NCBI GenBank assembly: GCA_965227515.1
Contig: CBDDFZ010000002.1
Location: forward strand, 256,001-320,000
From: Alphaproteobacteria bacterium
GTDB lineage: Bacteria > Pseudomonadota > Alphaproteobacteria > CALKHQ01
Direction: 5' to 3'
Length of the DNA stretch: 64,000 nucleotides
The translations under genes and the position numbers were made by a program. Positions within the stretch are counted from its first letter, which is position 1; every line of letters begins with the position of its first letter. Positions 10,051 through 19,774 of the stretch are shown here, in pieces. The notes beneath the pieces are model-generated. The model had not been told where the DNA came from, ran no database searches, and worked only from the letters and a program-made list of their open reading frames with translations.

Positions 10051-11208
10051 ATGTTCGCACTGCCCGACGCGGACGTGCCGGAGCTGGAGTTCGCCGGGCT
10101 GAAGGCCCAGTACGCCGCCTTGCAGCCTCAGATCGCGGCGCGGATGGCCGGCGTGTTCCGCCACGGCCAGTTCATCATGGGCCCGGAGGTCGCGGAGCTG
10201 GAGGCGGCATTGGCCGAGTTCGCCGGCGTGGCGCATGTGGTCTCTGTCTCCAGCGGCACCGACGCCATCACCGCGCCGATGATGGCGCTGGGCGTGGGCC
10301 CTGGCGACGCGGTGTTCCTGCCTGCATTCACCTTTCCCGCGACAGCGGAGGTGCCGGCGTTGCTGGGCGCCGAACCGGTGTTCGTCGATGTCGATCCGCG
10401 CACCTACAACATCGACCCGGCGGACCTGGACGCGGCGGTAGCGAGAGTGGTGGCGGAGGGCAGGCTGCGACCGAAGGCGGTGGTGCCGGTCGACCTGTTC
10501 GGCCTGCCGGCCGACTACACGGCGTTGTCCGAAACCGCCGCGCGCCACGGCATGACGGTGGTCGCCGACGCCGCCCAGAGCTTCGGCGCCGCGCTCGACG
10601 GGCGCATGGTCGGTGGGCTGGCGCCGGTCACCGCCACCAGCTTCTTTCCCGCCAAGCCACTTGGTTGCTATGGCGACGGCGGTGCGGTGCTGACCGACGA
10701 CGGCGACCTGGCCGAGGCACTGAAGTCGATCCGCGCCCATGGCCGGGGCCGCGAGAAATACGCCATCGACCGCATCGGGCTCAATGCCAGGCTCGACACC
10801 TTGCAGGCCGCCATCCTGCTCGCCAAGCTGCCGGCACTGGCCGGCGAGATCGCGGCCCGCCAGCGGCTGGCCGACTTCTACGACCGCCATCTGGCGGAGG
10901 TGACGACCACGCCGGTGCGCTCGAACGCGGCGTCGTCGGCGTTCGCGCAATACACCATCCAGGTCGACAATCGCGACGCCGTGCAGGCCCGGCTGAAGGA
11001 CGCCGGCGTGCCGACCGCGATCTACTATCCATGCCCGATGCACATGCAGCCGCCCTATGCCGGCTATGCCGCCGGTCCCGGCTCATTGCTGGTCAGCGAG
11101 CGCCTGGCGGGCCGGGTGCTGGCGCTGCCGATCCATGGCTACATGGAAGAGGCCGTGGCGGAGAAGATCGCGGTCGCGGTCCGCGACGCCATCGTGGCCG
11201 AAAGCTGA
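10051..11208 (+). CDS. DegT/DnrJ/EryC1/StrS aminotransferase, WbpE-like
   Basis: Motifs GQFIMGPEV, SSGTDA, VDLFG, DAAQSFGA, TSFFPAKPLGCYGDGGA and NARLDTLQAAIL. An alternative ATG lies at 10027. Confidence 0.9.
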   Translation: MFALPDADVPELEFAGLKAQYAALQPQIAARMAGVFRHGQFIMGPEVAELEAALAEFAGVAHVVSVSSGTDAITAPMMALGVGPGDAVFLPAFTFPATAEVPALLGAEPVFVDVDPRTYNIDPADLDAAVARVVAEGRLRPKAVVPVDLFGLPADYTALSETAARHGMTVVADAAQSFGAALDGRMVGGLAPVTATSFFPAKPLGCYGDGGAVLTDDGDLAEALKSIRAHGRGREKYAIDRIGLNARLDTLQAAILLAKLPALAGEIAARQRLADFYDRHLAEVTTTPVRSNAASSAFAQYTIQVDNRDAVQARLKDAGVPTAIYYPCPMHMQPPYAGYAAGPGSLLVSERLAGRVLALPIHGYMEEAVAEKIAVAVRDAIVAES

Positions 11209-11210
11209 GC

Positions 11211-12191
11211 GTGCCTGCAGTCGCTGCCATCGGTCTCGGCCATTGGGGCCGGAATCTCGCCCGCAATCTCGATGGGCTGGGTGCGCTTGCCGCATTGCAC
11301 GATGCCAGTGCGGAGGTGCGCGAGCGCTTCGCCGCGCAATATCCGCATTGCCCGGTGGTACCGGCGCTGGACCAGGTGCTCGGCGATCCGGCGATCGAGG
11401 CGGTGGCGATCGCGACCCCGGCGGCGACCCATGGCGATGTGGTCGCCCTGGCGCTCAATGCCGGCAAGCACGTTTTCGTGGAAAAGCCGATTTGCCTCGA
11501 CGTCGGCGACGCGCAGGCGCTAAAGGCGCAGGCGGACGGCGCGGGCAAGGTGCTGATGGTCGGCCACCTGCTGCTCTATCACCCGGCGTTCCGCGCCCTG
11601 TCGGCGGCGGTGCGCGCGGGCCGTCTCGGCCGCCTGCGCTACATCTATTCCAACCGGGCGAGCCTGGGCAAAATTCGCCGCGAGGAAAATGCGCTGTGGT
11701 CGTTCGCCCCGCACGACGTGTCGATGATCCTGAACCTCGCCGGGCGGATGCCGCGGCGGGTGATGGCGAGCGCCGGCACCTACCTGTCCGAAGGGGTCGC
11801 CGACACCACGCTCAGCCACCTCGACTTCGGCGACGGCGTGCAGGCGCACGTGTTCGTGTCGTGGCTGCATCCCTACAAGGAGCAGCGGCTGGTCGTGGTG
11901 GGCGATGCCGGCATGGCGGTGTTCAACGACGTGGCCGACGGGGCCGACAAGCTGCTGCTGTATCCGCACCGGGCGGCGTGGGACGGCGAGCTGCCGGTGA
12001 TCTCCAAGGCCGATGCCGAGCCCATCGCCTACCAGGCCGGCGAGCCGCTCAGGATCGAGTGCCAGGCCTTCCTCGACGCGGTTGCCGGCAAGGCCGCGCC
12101 ACCATCCGACGCCGCCGAGGGCATCAGGGTACTCACGGTGCTGGACGCATGCCAGCGCGCGATCACCGGCGGCCGCACGGTGGAGCTGTAA
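11211..12191 (+). CDS. Gfo/Idh/MocA oxidoreductase, WbpB-like
   Basis: Motifs IGLGHWGRN, IATPAATH, GKHVFVEKP, MVGHLL, SFAPHD and VSWLHP. Confidence 0.85.
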   Translation: MPAVAAIGLGHWGRNLARNLDGLGALAALHDASAEVRERFAAQYPHCPVVPALDQVLGDPAIEAVAIATPAATHGDVVALALNAGKHVFVEKPICLDVGDAQALKAQADGAGKVLMVGHLLLYHPAFRALSAAVRAGRLGRLRYIYSNRASLGKIRREENALWSFAPHDVSMILNLAGRMPRRVMASAGTYLSEGVADTTLSHLDFGDGVQAHVFVSWLHPYKEQRLVVVGDAGMAVFNDVADGADKLLLYPHRAAWDGELPVISKADAEPIAYQAGEPLRIECQAFLDAVAGKAAPPSDAAEGIRVLTVLDACQRAITGGRTVEL

Positions 12192-12769
12192 TGGCGGCGC
12201 CCGACGCTGTCTTCGTGCACCCGACCGCCATTGTCGACGACGGTGTCGAGGTCGGGGCGGGCACCCGGATCTGGCATTTCAGCCATCTGCTCGGCGGCAC
12301 CCGGATGGGCGCGCGGTGCGTGGTCGGCCAGAACGTGATGATCGGCCCGCGCGTCACCATCGGCGACGGCTGCAAGCTGCAAAACAACGTCTCGGTCTAT
12401 GAGGGCGTGACCCTGGAGGACGAGGTGTTCTGCGGCCCGTCCTGCGTGTTCACCAACGTGTTGACGCCGCGCGCCTTCGTGGAGCGCAAGGACGAGTTCG
12501 CGCCGACGGTGGTGCGCCGGGGCGCCAGCATCGGCGCCAATGCCACTGTCATCTGCGGGGTTACCATCGGGCGCTACGCCATGATCGGCGCTGGCGCCGT
12601 GGTGACCCGCGACGTCGCCGACTTCGCGCTGGTGCTCGGCAATCCGGCGCGCCCGGCCGGCTGGGTCAGCCGCACCGGCGAGCGGCTGGGCGACGACTTG
12701 GTGTGCCCGCGCACCGGCGAGGCGTATCGCCGGGCCGGCGCCGGCCTTGTGCCGGTCGGCGACGACTGA
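12191..12769 (+). CDS. Hexapeptide-repeat N-acetyltransferase, WbpD-like
   Basis: Motifs HPTAIVD, IWHFSH, GQNV, KLQNNVSVYEGV, FCGPSCVFTNV and GNPAR. TAATG coupling. Confidence 0.9.
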   Translation: MAAPDAVFVHPTAIVDDGVEVGAGTRIWHFSHLLGGTRMGARCVVGQNVMIGPRVTIGDGCKLQNNVSVYEGVTLEDEVFCGPSCVFTNVLTPRAFVERKDEFAPTVVRRGASIGANATVICGVTIGRYAMIGAGAVVTRDVADFALVLGNPARPAGWVSRTGERLGDDLVCPRTGEAYRRAGAGLVPVGDD

Positions 12770-13218
12770 CGGCACCCGCGGCACTGCGCCACCCCGACAT
12801 CGTCGACCTGTCGCCCGCACGGGTGCGCGCCTCCATCGACCCGCTGCTGGAAATCGCCGCCGATGTGCCGGGCGAGTACTGGACCCTGCAGCACTTTCTC
12901 GCCGACCTGCCGGCGAAATGGCGGCTGTCGTTCGCGATGGCCGTGGCCGACCGGCCCGTCGCCTATGCCATCCAGTCCAGGAAGGAGCCGGCGACCTGCC
13001 ACCTGCACCACCTGATGGTGCATCGCGACTGGCGCGGCCGTGGGCTCGGCGCCGGCATGCTGGCGGAGATGGCGCGCCGCGCGCGGGCGGAAGACTTGCA
13101 GCGGATGAGCCTGAAGGTGGCCGCCGGCAACACCCGCGCCGCGGCGTTCTATCGCCGGCACGGCTACACGCTCAGCGGCCGCGACGGCGACTACGAGCGT
13201 TACGAGAAGCCGTTGTGA
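12766..13218 (+). CDS. GNAT family N-acetyltransferase (start codon uncertain)
   Basis: Motifs HLMVHRDWRGRGLG and LKVAAGNTRAAAFYRRHGY. The start is either CTG at 12766, overlapping the upstream TGA, or GTG at 12823. Confidence 0.75.
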   Translation: MTAPAALRHPDIVDLSPARVRASIDPLLEIAADVPGEYWTLQHFLADLPAKWRLSFAMAVADRPVAYAIQSRKEPATCHLHHLMVHRDWRGRGLGAGMLAEMARRARAEDLQRMSLKVAAGNTRAAAFYRRHGYTLSGRDGDYERYEKPL

Positions 13219-13231
13219 CGACAGGTGCCTC

Positions 13232-13924
13232 TTGACGATCGTCGCCATCCACCAGCCGAACTACTGCCCCTGGCTGGGCTACTTCCACAAGATTGCGCGC
13301 GCCGGCGTGTTCGTGTTCCTGGACGACGTGCAGTTCAGCAAGCAGAGCTACATCAACCGGGTCCAGATACGCGGGGCGGGCGGCGGCGGGCCGCGCTGGC
13401 TCACACAGCCGGTCTCGGTCTCGCTCGGCCAAGCGATCAACGAGGTCGCGATCGCACGGCCGGACTGGGCGCGCGCCCACCTGGACACGCTGCGTGGCCT
13501 CTATCGCAATGCTGCTGCGTTCAAGGCGGCGTGGCCGGACGTGACCGCGCTCTACGACGACCTCGACGCGGCCAACGTGGCGCAAGCCAACCGAGCCCTG
13601 ATCGAACGGTTGGCGGCGCGCCTGGGGCTGGCGGCGGACTTCGTGACCTCATCGGACGTTGCGACCGGGGATGCGGCCGGCGACGACAGACTGGTCGCCA
13701 TCGTTGATGCGTTGGCACCGGGCGGCACGTACCTGTCCGGGCGCGGCGGCGGCAAGTACCAGGACCCGGCCAAGTTCGCGGCAGCCGGGCTGTCGCTCGT
13801 CACCACCGGCTTCCAGCACCCGTCCTACGATCAGGGCCAGCCGGACTTCGTGCCGGGGCTCTCGGTGCTGGACGCGGTGTTCCATCTCGGCTGGGACCGG
13901 ACCGCCGCGCTCCTGACCGGCTGA
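13232..13924 (+). CDS. WbqC family protein
   Basis: Motifs AIHQPNYCPWLGYFHK, FVFLDDVQF, INR, YLSGxGG and LSVLDAVF. TTG start. Confidence 0.9.
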   Translation: MTIVAIHQPNYCPWLGYFHKIARAGVFVFLDDVQFSKQSYINRVQIRGAGGGGPRWLTQPVSVSLGQAINEVAIARPDWARAHLDTLRGLYRNAAAFKAAWPDVTALYDDLDAANVAQANRALIERLAARLGLAADFVTSSDVATGDAAGDDRLVAIVDALAPGGTYLSGRGGGKYQDPAKFAAAGLSLVTTGFQHPSYDQGQPDFVPGLSVLDAVFHLGWDRTAALLTG

Positions 13925-13925
13925 C

Positions 13926-15122
13926 ATGGCGCTGCGCGTCCTTTGCCTCGATATCGAGGGCGGCTATGGCGGCTCCTCGCGCAGCCTCTTCGAGACCGTG
14001 CGGCACCTGCCCGGCGACGTGGCCGCCGAAATCTGGTGCCGGCGCCAGGGGCCGATCCAGCCGCGCTACCGCGATCTTGGCGTGCCGTGCCGGGTAACCC
14101 CGGCGATGCCGCACATCAGCTCCCTGGCCCGCTTCAGCCGGAACCTCTACGTCTATGGGCGGTTTGCGCTGCGCTGGCCACGTTCGCGCGGGTTCCGCCG
14201 CAGCCTCGCCGACACCCTGTCCCGTGGCGACTTCGACGTGGTGCACCTGAACCACGAAGGCCTGTTCCTGTTGGGCCGTTGGCTTCGCCGCCGCCTGGGC
14301 CCGGCTTTTCCGATCACCGCCCACGTACGCACACACTTGCCGAGCACCGTTTTCTCGCGCTGGCAGTACCGCACCCTGGCCGGAGCGGCGGACCATCTGG
14401 TGTTCATCTCCGACATGGAACAGGCGAATGTCGCGCGGCTGGCCGGTGGTGGGCGCGCGGGGTCGGTGGTCACCAACATCGTTGCCGTGCCGGCGGACGT
14501 GAGCCCGGCGCCCGATCTGACGGCGGACCGCCGTTTCAAGGTGGCGGCGATGTCGAACTTCTCGTGGATGCGCGGCACCGACAGGCTGGTCGATGTGGCG
14601 GCAGCCATTCGGGCCCGCGGCCGCGATGACGTGCTGTTCGTCGTGGCCGGGCGGCACGAGCTCACGGGCAACTTGCCCGGCGAACTCGGGACCATCGCCG
14701 GTCGTGGCGGCACGCTGGTCGACTATGCGGAGGCGCGCGGTGTCGGCCCCATGTTCCGTTTTCTCGGCCACGTGGCCGACCCGTTTCCGATCCTCGCCGC
14801 GTCCGATGCACTGATGCGCCCATCGCGAGGCAACGACCCCTGGGGCCGGGAAGTGTTGGAGGCGATGGCGTTCGGGCTGCCCGTCGTCACCACCGGCACC
14901 TATGACCGTTTCGTGGAGGACGGTGTCACCGGCGTGTTGCACGCCGACTTCGACGCCGACCGGATGGCCGACGCGATCCTCCGCCTCGCCGACGACCCGG
15001 CAGCGGCCAGGCGCATGGGTGCGGCGGCGCGGGCGCGGGTGGCTGATTTGTGCGACGGCCCGTCCCGCGCGGCCGATCTGGCCGACATCTGGCGCGGCCT
15101 CGTTGCGCGGCAGCCGAGTTAG
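13926..15122 (+). CDS. Glycosyltransferase family 4
   Basis: Motifs YGGSSRSL, DVVHLN, FLGHV and DPWGREVLEAMAFGLPVV. Confidence 0.85.
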   Translation: MALRVLCLDIEGGYGGSSRSLFETVRHLPGDVAAEIWCRRQGPIQPRYRDLGVPCRVTPAMPHISSLARFSRNLYVYGRFALRWPRSRGFRRSLADTLSRGDFDVVHLNHEGLFLLGRWLRRRLGPAFPITAHVRTHLPSTVFSRWQYRTLAGAADHLVFISDMEQANVARLAGGGRAGSVVTNIVAVPADVSPAPDLTADRRFKVAAMSNFSWMRGTDRLVDVAAAIRARGRDDVLFVVAGRHELTGNLPGELGTIAGRGGTLVDYAEARGVGPMFRFLGHVADPFPILAASDALMRPSRGNDPWGREVLEAMAFGLPVVTTGTYDRFVEDGVTGVLHADFDADRMADAILRLADDPAAARRMGAAARARVADLCDGPSRAADLADIWRGLVARQPS

Positions 15123-15124
15123 CA

Positions 15125-16215
15125 GTGGCCACGTCCATTGCCATCGTGCTGCCGTCCTTCGCGGGCGGTGGGGCGGAGCGGGTGATGCTCACCCTGGCCG
15201 CGCGGCTCGATCGGACGCGCTTCCACCCGAGCCTGGTCGTGCTCAGCCGCGCTGGCCCATTGCACACGCTCGTGCCCGATGACGTCGTCGTGGAAGCGCT
15301 GGATCGGCCGCGCCTCAGCCGCGCCATACCGGCGCTGTGCCGCGCGCTGCGACGGATGAAACCCGTGATCGTGCTCTCAACCATGGGCTACCTGAATCAG
15401 GGACTGCTGGCGATGAAGCCATTGCTGCCGCGCGGCACCCGCATGGTGGTGCGCGAGGCGAACTTGCCGGCGCTTGGCGTGTCCGGCGGCACCGGGCGGC
15501 TGATGGGGTGGGGTACCGACGGCTCTACCCGCGCGCCAATGCCATCGTCTGCCCGGCGGAGGCGGTGGCGGCGGCGTTGTCGGCGCGCTACGGCACCGAT
15601 CCGGCGCGCATGGATGTGATTTTCAATCCGGTGGACGAGGCGGGCGTGCGGGCGCGCGCGACCCCTGTGATGCGGCATCCAGGCTCGGGACTGCGCATCG
15701 TCGCCAGCGGGCGGCTGCGCGCGCAGAAGGGGTTCGACCGCCTTCTCGACATGCTCGCGACCCTGCCGGACGACACGCACCTGACCATCCTGGGCCAGGG
15801 ACCGGACCGCGACGCTCTGGCGGCGCAGGCGGCGGGGTTGGGGATGGAGGACCGCGTGACGTTCGCCGGATTCAGCGACACCCCCTGGCCGCACTACGCC
15901 GGTGCCGACGTGTTCGCGCTGCCGTCGCGGTGGGAGGGCATGCCGAATGCTGCACTGGAGGCGCTGGCCTGCGGCACGCCGGTGGTGGCGACGCCGGAAG
16001 CGGGCGGCATCGGCGAGATCGCAGTCCAGGCCGACCCCGGCGCGGTGACCATCGCCGAGGCCGGTCCGGACTTCGCGGCGGCGCTGGCAATGCCCCACCC
16101 CGACCATCTACCCGACCATCCGGGCGAGCCGCGTGCCAGCCTGTTGCCGGCCGCCTTTCAGGCCGATGCGGTGATCGCCGCCTACGAGGCGCTGCTGGAA
16201 CGGGTGGCCGCCTGA
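15125..16215 (+). pseudogene. GT4 glycosyltransferase interrupted by a single-base frameshift (real, or a sequencing error)
   Basis: The N-terminal half (GGGAERV, VVREAN) and C-terminal half (QKGFD, PSRWEGMPNAALEALACGTPVV) are in different frames. Adding one G to the G4 run at 15510-15513 joins them as MGWGYRRLYP. Confidence 0.75.
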
Positions 16216-16216
16216 T

Positions 16217-18067
16217 ATGTGCGGGATCGCCGCCCTGGTCGAACCCGGCCGCACCTTCGACGACCGCCTGATCGACGCCGTCGATCGCGACATGTTCCAT
16301 CGCGGGCCGGATGCCGGCGGGCGGCTGTCGCAGCCTGGCGTCGCCCTGGTCCATCGCCGCCTGTCGATCATCGACCCCACCGCCGCGTCGGACCAGCCGA
16401 TGACCGATCCGTCGGGCACGGTGACCATGGTCTACAACGGCGAGCTCTACAACTACCGCGCGCTGCGGGCCGACCTGGCCGCCGCCGGCCACAATCTGCG
16501 CACCGACGGCGACAGCGAGGCCCTGCTGCTCGGCTATCTGGAGTGGGGCGTCGAGGTCTTCGACCGGGTGGAAGGCATGTTCGCGGTGGCGATGCTCGAC
16601 CGCCGCGATAACTGCATCGTTGCCGCCCGCGATCCGCTGGGCATCAAGCCGCTCTATCTGTGGCAGGCACCCGGCCGCGCGATGCTGGCCAGCGAAGTCC
16701 GCCCGATGCGGCACATGACCGAGCTTGTGCCAGACGAGCAGGCGCTGGCCGAGCTGCTGCATTTCCGCTGGGCCGCCGGCCGCCTCTCCAACTACCGCGG
16801 CATTTCGCAGGTCCCGGGCGGGACCTTGCTGCGCATCGGCCTCGACGATGCCCGGGTCACCGAACGGCGTTTCGCCGATCCACTCGACACGCTGCGGCCG
16901 GACCGGTCCATCGGCGCGGACAGCGCGCTGGAGATGGCGCGTGAGGCGGTGACATCCTCGATCCGCGATCACCTGGCGAGCGACGTCGGCTACACGGTGC
17001 AACTCTCCGGCGGTGTCGACAGCAGCCTGGTCGCCGCCATATCGGCCGAGCACACGCCGCGCTCGCTCAGCACCTTCGCCTTGCATCTGCCGGGCTATGC
17101 GCACGACGAGCGGCAGTGGCGCGACATGCTGCTGGCGCGCTACGCCTTCGACCATCATGAGATCGAAGTCTCGGGCCGCGACTTCGCCGATGCGCTGCCG
17201 CGCGCGGTCGCACACATGGAGGGGCCAAGTCCCCACCTGGGCTGCGTGCTGCTGATGCGGCTGTGCGACAGCATCGCGCGCACTTCGAAGGTGGTGCTGA
17301 CCGGGGAAGGCGCCGACGAGTTCTTCGGCGGCTATTTCCGCTATGGCGAATGGCGCAAGACCGCGTTGCAGGCATGGCTCGCCAAGGCGCTGCCGACCCG
17401 CCTGCTGCCGGACCGGTGGCCGTTCGCGGGTATTCGCCGGCTGGCCGGTTTCGACGCCGCCGCCATGGGCGGGGTCTATCATGCCGTCGACACCATGATG
17501 GCGCTGTTCCCCGGCCTGTCGCCCGTCGCCGGCGCGCGCGAGGCGGCAAGCGCCCGCTTCGACAGCTTCATCGAGCGGCTGTTCGCGGTCGACCAGTCCG
17601 CCTATCTGGACTCCCTGCTGTTGCGCCAGGACAAGATGGCGATGGCCGCCTCGGTGGAGGCGCGCGTCCCCTTCGTGCACATGCCGCTGGCCCGGGTGAT
17701 GAACCGCATCCCGCGCGGCATCGTCGCGCCGGGGCGTGGCCAGACCAAGCCGCTGCTGAAGAAGATCGCCGAGCCGCACGTGCCGCACGAGGTGCTGTAC
17801 CGGCGCAAGGTCGGGCTCAGGCTGCCGGTCGACCAGTGGCTGCAGGATGCCGATGGTCTGGGCCGCTATGTCGACGACGTGACGTCGCCGTCGTCGCGGC
17901 TGGCCGCCTATGCCGATCGCGGCCGGCTGGCGGCGCTGGCCGACGGCACGCGCCGCGGCGACCCGCAGGCCGCAGGCGTGATGGTGCAGCTTGTCAATGT
18001 GGAGGCATGGCTGCGCGCGATCCCGGCCTCGGAGCATCTCGCGACACATGCGCCGCTGGCCGTGTAG
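16217..18067 (+). CDS. asnB: Asparagine synthase (glutamine-hydrolysing) family amidotransferase
   Basis: Motifs MCGI, HRGPD, HRRLSIID, NGELYN, RDPLGIKPLY, LSGGVDSS, LTGEGADEFFGGY and SVEARVPF. Confidence 0.88.
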   Translation: MCGIAALVEPGRTFDDRLIDAVDRDMFHRGPDAGGRLSQPGVALVHRRLSIIDPTAASDQPMTDPSGTVTMVYNGELYNYRALRADLAAAGHNLRTDGDSEALLLGYLEWGVEVFDRVEGMFAVAMLDRRDNCIVAARDPLGIKPLYLWQAPGRAMLASEVRPMRHMTELVPDEQALAELLHFRWAAGRLSNYRGISQVPGGTLLRIGLDDARVTERRFADPLDTLRPDRSIGADSALEMAREAVTSSIRDHLASDVGYTVQLSGGVDSSLVAAISAEHTPRSLSTFALHLPGYAHDERQWRDMLLARYAFDHHEIEVSGRDFADALPRAVAHMEGPSPHLGCVLLMRLCDSIARTSKVVLTGEGADEFFGGYFRYGEWRKTALQAWLAKALPTRLLPDRWPFAGIRRLAGFDAAAMGGVYHAVDTMMALFPGLSPVAGAREAASARFDSFIERLFAVDQSAYLDSLLLRQDKMAMAASVEARVPFVHMPLARVMNRIPRGIVAPGRGQTKPLLKKIAEPHVPHEVLYRRKVGLRLPVDQWLQDADGLGRYVDDVTSPSSRLAAYADRGRLAALADGTRRGDPQAAGVMVQLVNVEAWLRAIPASEHLATHAPLAV

Positions 18068-18178
18068 GCCGTGACCGTTCAATAATTCGAGTGACGATTT
18101 TTTAGAACAAATCATAAACTTACACATTTCGTTGCCAGTCATTGTCAAACGGTTCAAACGGTTCTTTGATGAACCGCC

Positions 18179-18946
18179 ATGGATCTGATCGACGACATTC
18201 GCGGGCACCTGGCAGACCCGCCCGATCCCACTGCTCCCCTTTACATTCGCCTGGCCGAGGCCATTCGCGCCGGCCTCAGCGGCGACCGGCATGGCGTGGG
18301 CACGACCCTGCCGGGCGAACGGCGCCTGGCCGAGGGGCTGGGCATCTCGCGCGTCACGGTCCGCAAGGCGATCGACCGGCTGGTGTCCGAGCGCAGCCTG
18401 GTGCGCCGGCATGGCGCGCGCACGGTTGCCGCGGCGCGGGTCGAGAAGTCGCTGTCGCGGCTGACCAGCTTTTCCGAAGACATTCGCGCGCGCGGCTCGG
18501 TGCCTGGCGCGGTCTGGATTTCCCGGACCACCGGGCGGGCCACCGCCGACGAGCGGGCGGCGTTGTGCCTGGCGCGCGACGACAAGGTCTGCCGCATGGT
18601 GCGGCTGCGCACCGCCGACGGCGAGCCGCTGGCCATCGAGCGCTCGACAGTGCCGTGCGCGATATTGCGGTCGCCCGATCTGGTGCGCACCTCGCTCTAT
18701 GCCGTGTTGCAAGCCGCGGGGGCCGAGCCGGCGCGGGCCGTACAGCGCCTGCATGCCGCCACCACCACGGCGGAGGACGCGCGCCACCTGGGCTGCGGCG
18801 TCGGCGAGGCGCTGCTGGTGATCGAGCGCCGCTGCTACCTGGCGGATGGGCGCGCGGTCGAGCTGTGCGAGACCCGCTATCGCGGCGATGCCTACGATTT
18901 CGCCGTGGAACTCTCGCGTGGCCCGGGCCTGCCGTTCCCGGTTTGA
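18179..18946 (+). CDS. GntR family regulator with a UTRA domain (HutC/NagQ-like)
   Basis: HTH motifs PLYxxL and LPGERRLAEGLGISRVTVRKA. UTRA motifs LTSFSED, RLRTADGEP and SLYAVL. Confidence 0.88.
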   Translation: MDLIDDIRGHLADPPDPTAPLYIRLAEAIRAGLSGDRHGVGTTLPGERRLAEGLGISRVTVRKAIDRLVSERSLVRRHGARTVAAARVEKSLSRLTSFSEDIRARGSVPGAVWISRTTGRATADERAALCLARDDKVCRMVRLRTADGEPLAIERSTVPCAILRSPDLVRTSLYAVLQAAGAEPARAVQRLHAATTTAEDARHLGCGVGEALLVIERRCYLADGRAVELCETRYRGDAYDFAVELSRGPGLPFPV

Positions 18947-18981
18947 GTCAAGGCCGGCCCGGTCTGACATGCCAATCCCGA

Positions 18982-19014
18982 TTGACGTCGCGTGACCAGT
19001 CCAGTTTAATACCA
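18982..19014 (+). promoter_or_regulatory. Putative sigma70 promoter of the nanE operon with an overlapping GntR-type operator
   Basis: TTGACG (18982)-N17-TTTAAT (19005). AATACCA at 19008-19014 is the reverse complement of TGGTATT, a NagQ-like box. Flanked by ACCAGT...ACTGGT. Confidence 0.55.
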
Positions 19015-19063
19015 CTGGTGGCGCCTGTAACGGACGCCACCGTGCGCAGGGGGATGGCAACGC

Positions 19064-19774
19064 ATGCAGGCGACCGACTTCGTTGAGCGTGTGCGCGGCC
19101 GGCTGATCGTCTCGTGCCAGCCGGTGATCGGCGGCCCCCTGGATACCATCGAGTTCATCGTTGCCATGGCGCGGGCCGCACTCGACGGCGGGGCTGCGGG
19201 CCTGCGCATCCAGGGCGCCGAGGCGATTGCGGCGGTCCGGGCGGCCACCGATGCCCCGATGATCGGGTTGATCAAGCGTGACCGCACCGACAGCCCGTGC
19301 CGCATCACCGCCACCGTGGATGACGTCCAGGCCGTGGCCGCCGCCGGCGCCGACGCGGTCGCCTTCGACGCGACCCGGCGTGTGCGCCCCGACCCCGTCG
19401 CAGCACTGAGCGACGCGGCCCATGTGGCGGGCGCGCTGGCGTTTGCCGATTGTGCCGACATCGACGATGCCCGCGCGGCCGTCGACGCCGGTTGCGACAT
19501 CGTCGGCCCGACGCTGTCCGGTTACACCGGTGGCCCGCCACGCACCGCACCGGACCTTGCGCTGATCGCGGCGATGGCGGACCTGACCCCCAATGTGATT
19601 GCCGAGGGCAATGTGCGCACGCCGGAGCACGCGGCGGCAGCCATTGCGGCGGGGGCCGCTGCCGTGGTCGTCGGTTCGGCCATCACCCGGCCCGAGCACA
19701 TCACCGGCTGGTTTGTTCAGGCGATCGAGACCGCGGCCGCCGGTGCACCGCCATCCAGGGCCGCCGGCGCATGA
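19064..19774 (+). CDS. nanE: N-acetylmannosamine-6-phosphate 2-epimerase
   Basis: Motifs LIVSCQP, AMARAA, GLRI, IGLIKR, RIT, TLSGYT, IAEG and VVVGSAITRP. Confidence 0.9.
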   Translation: MQATDFVERVRGRLIVSCQPVIGGPLDTIEFIVAMARAALDGGAAGLRIQGAEAIAAVRAATDAPMIGLIKRDRTDSPCRITATVDDVQAVAAAGADAVAFDATRRVRPDPVAALSDAAHVAGALAFADCADIDDARAAVDAGCDIVGPTLSGYTGGPPRTAPDLALIAAMADLTPNVIAEGNVRTPEHAAAAIAAGAAAVVVGSAITRPEHITGWFVQAIETAAAGAPPSRAAGA

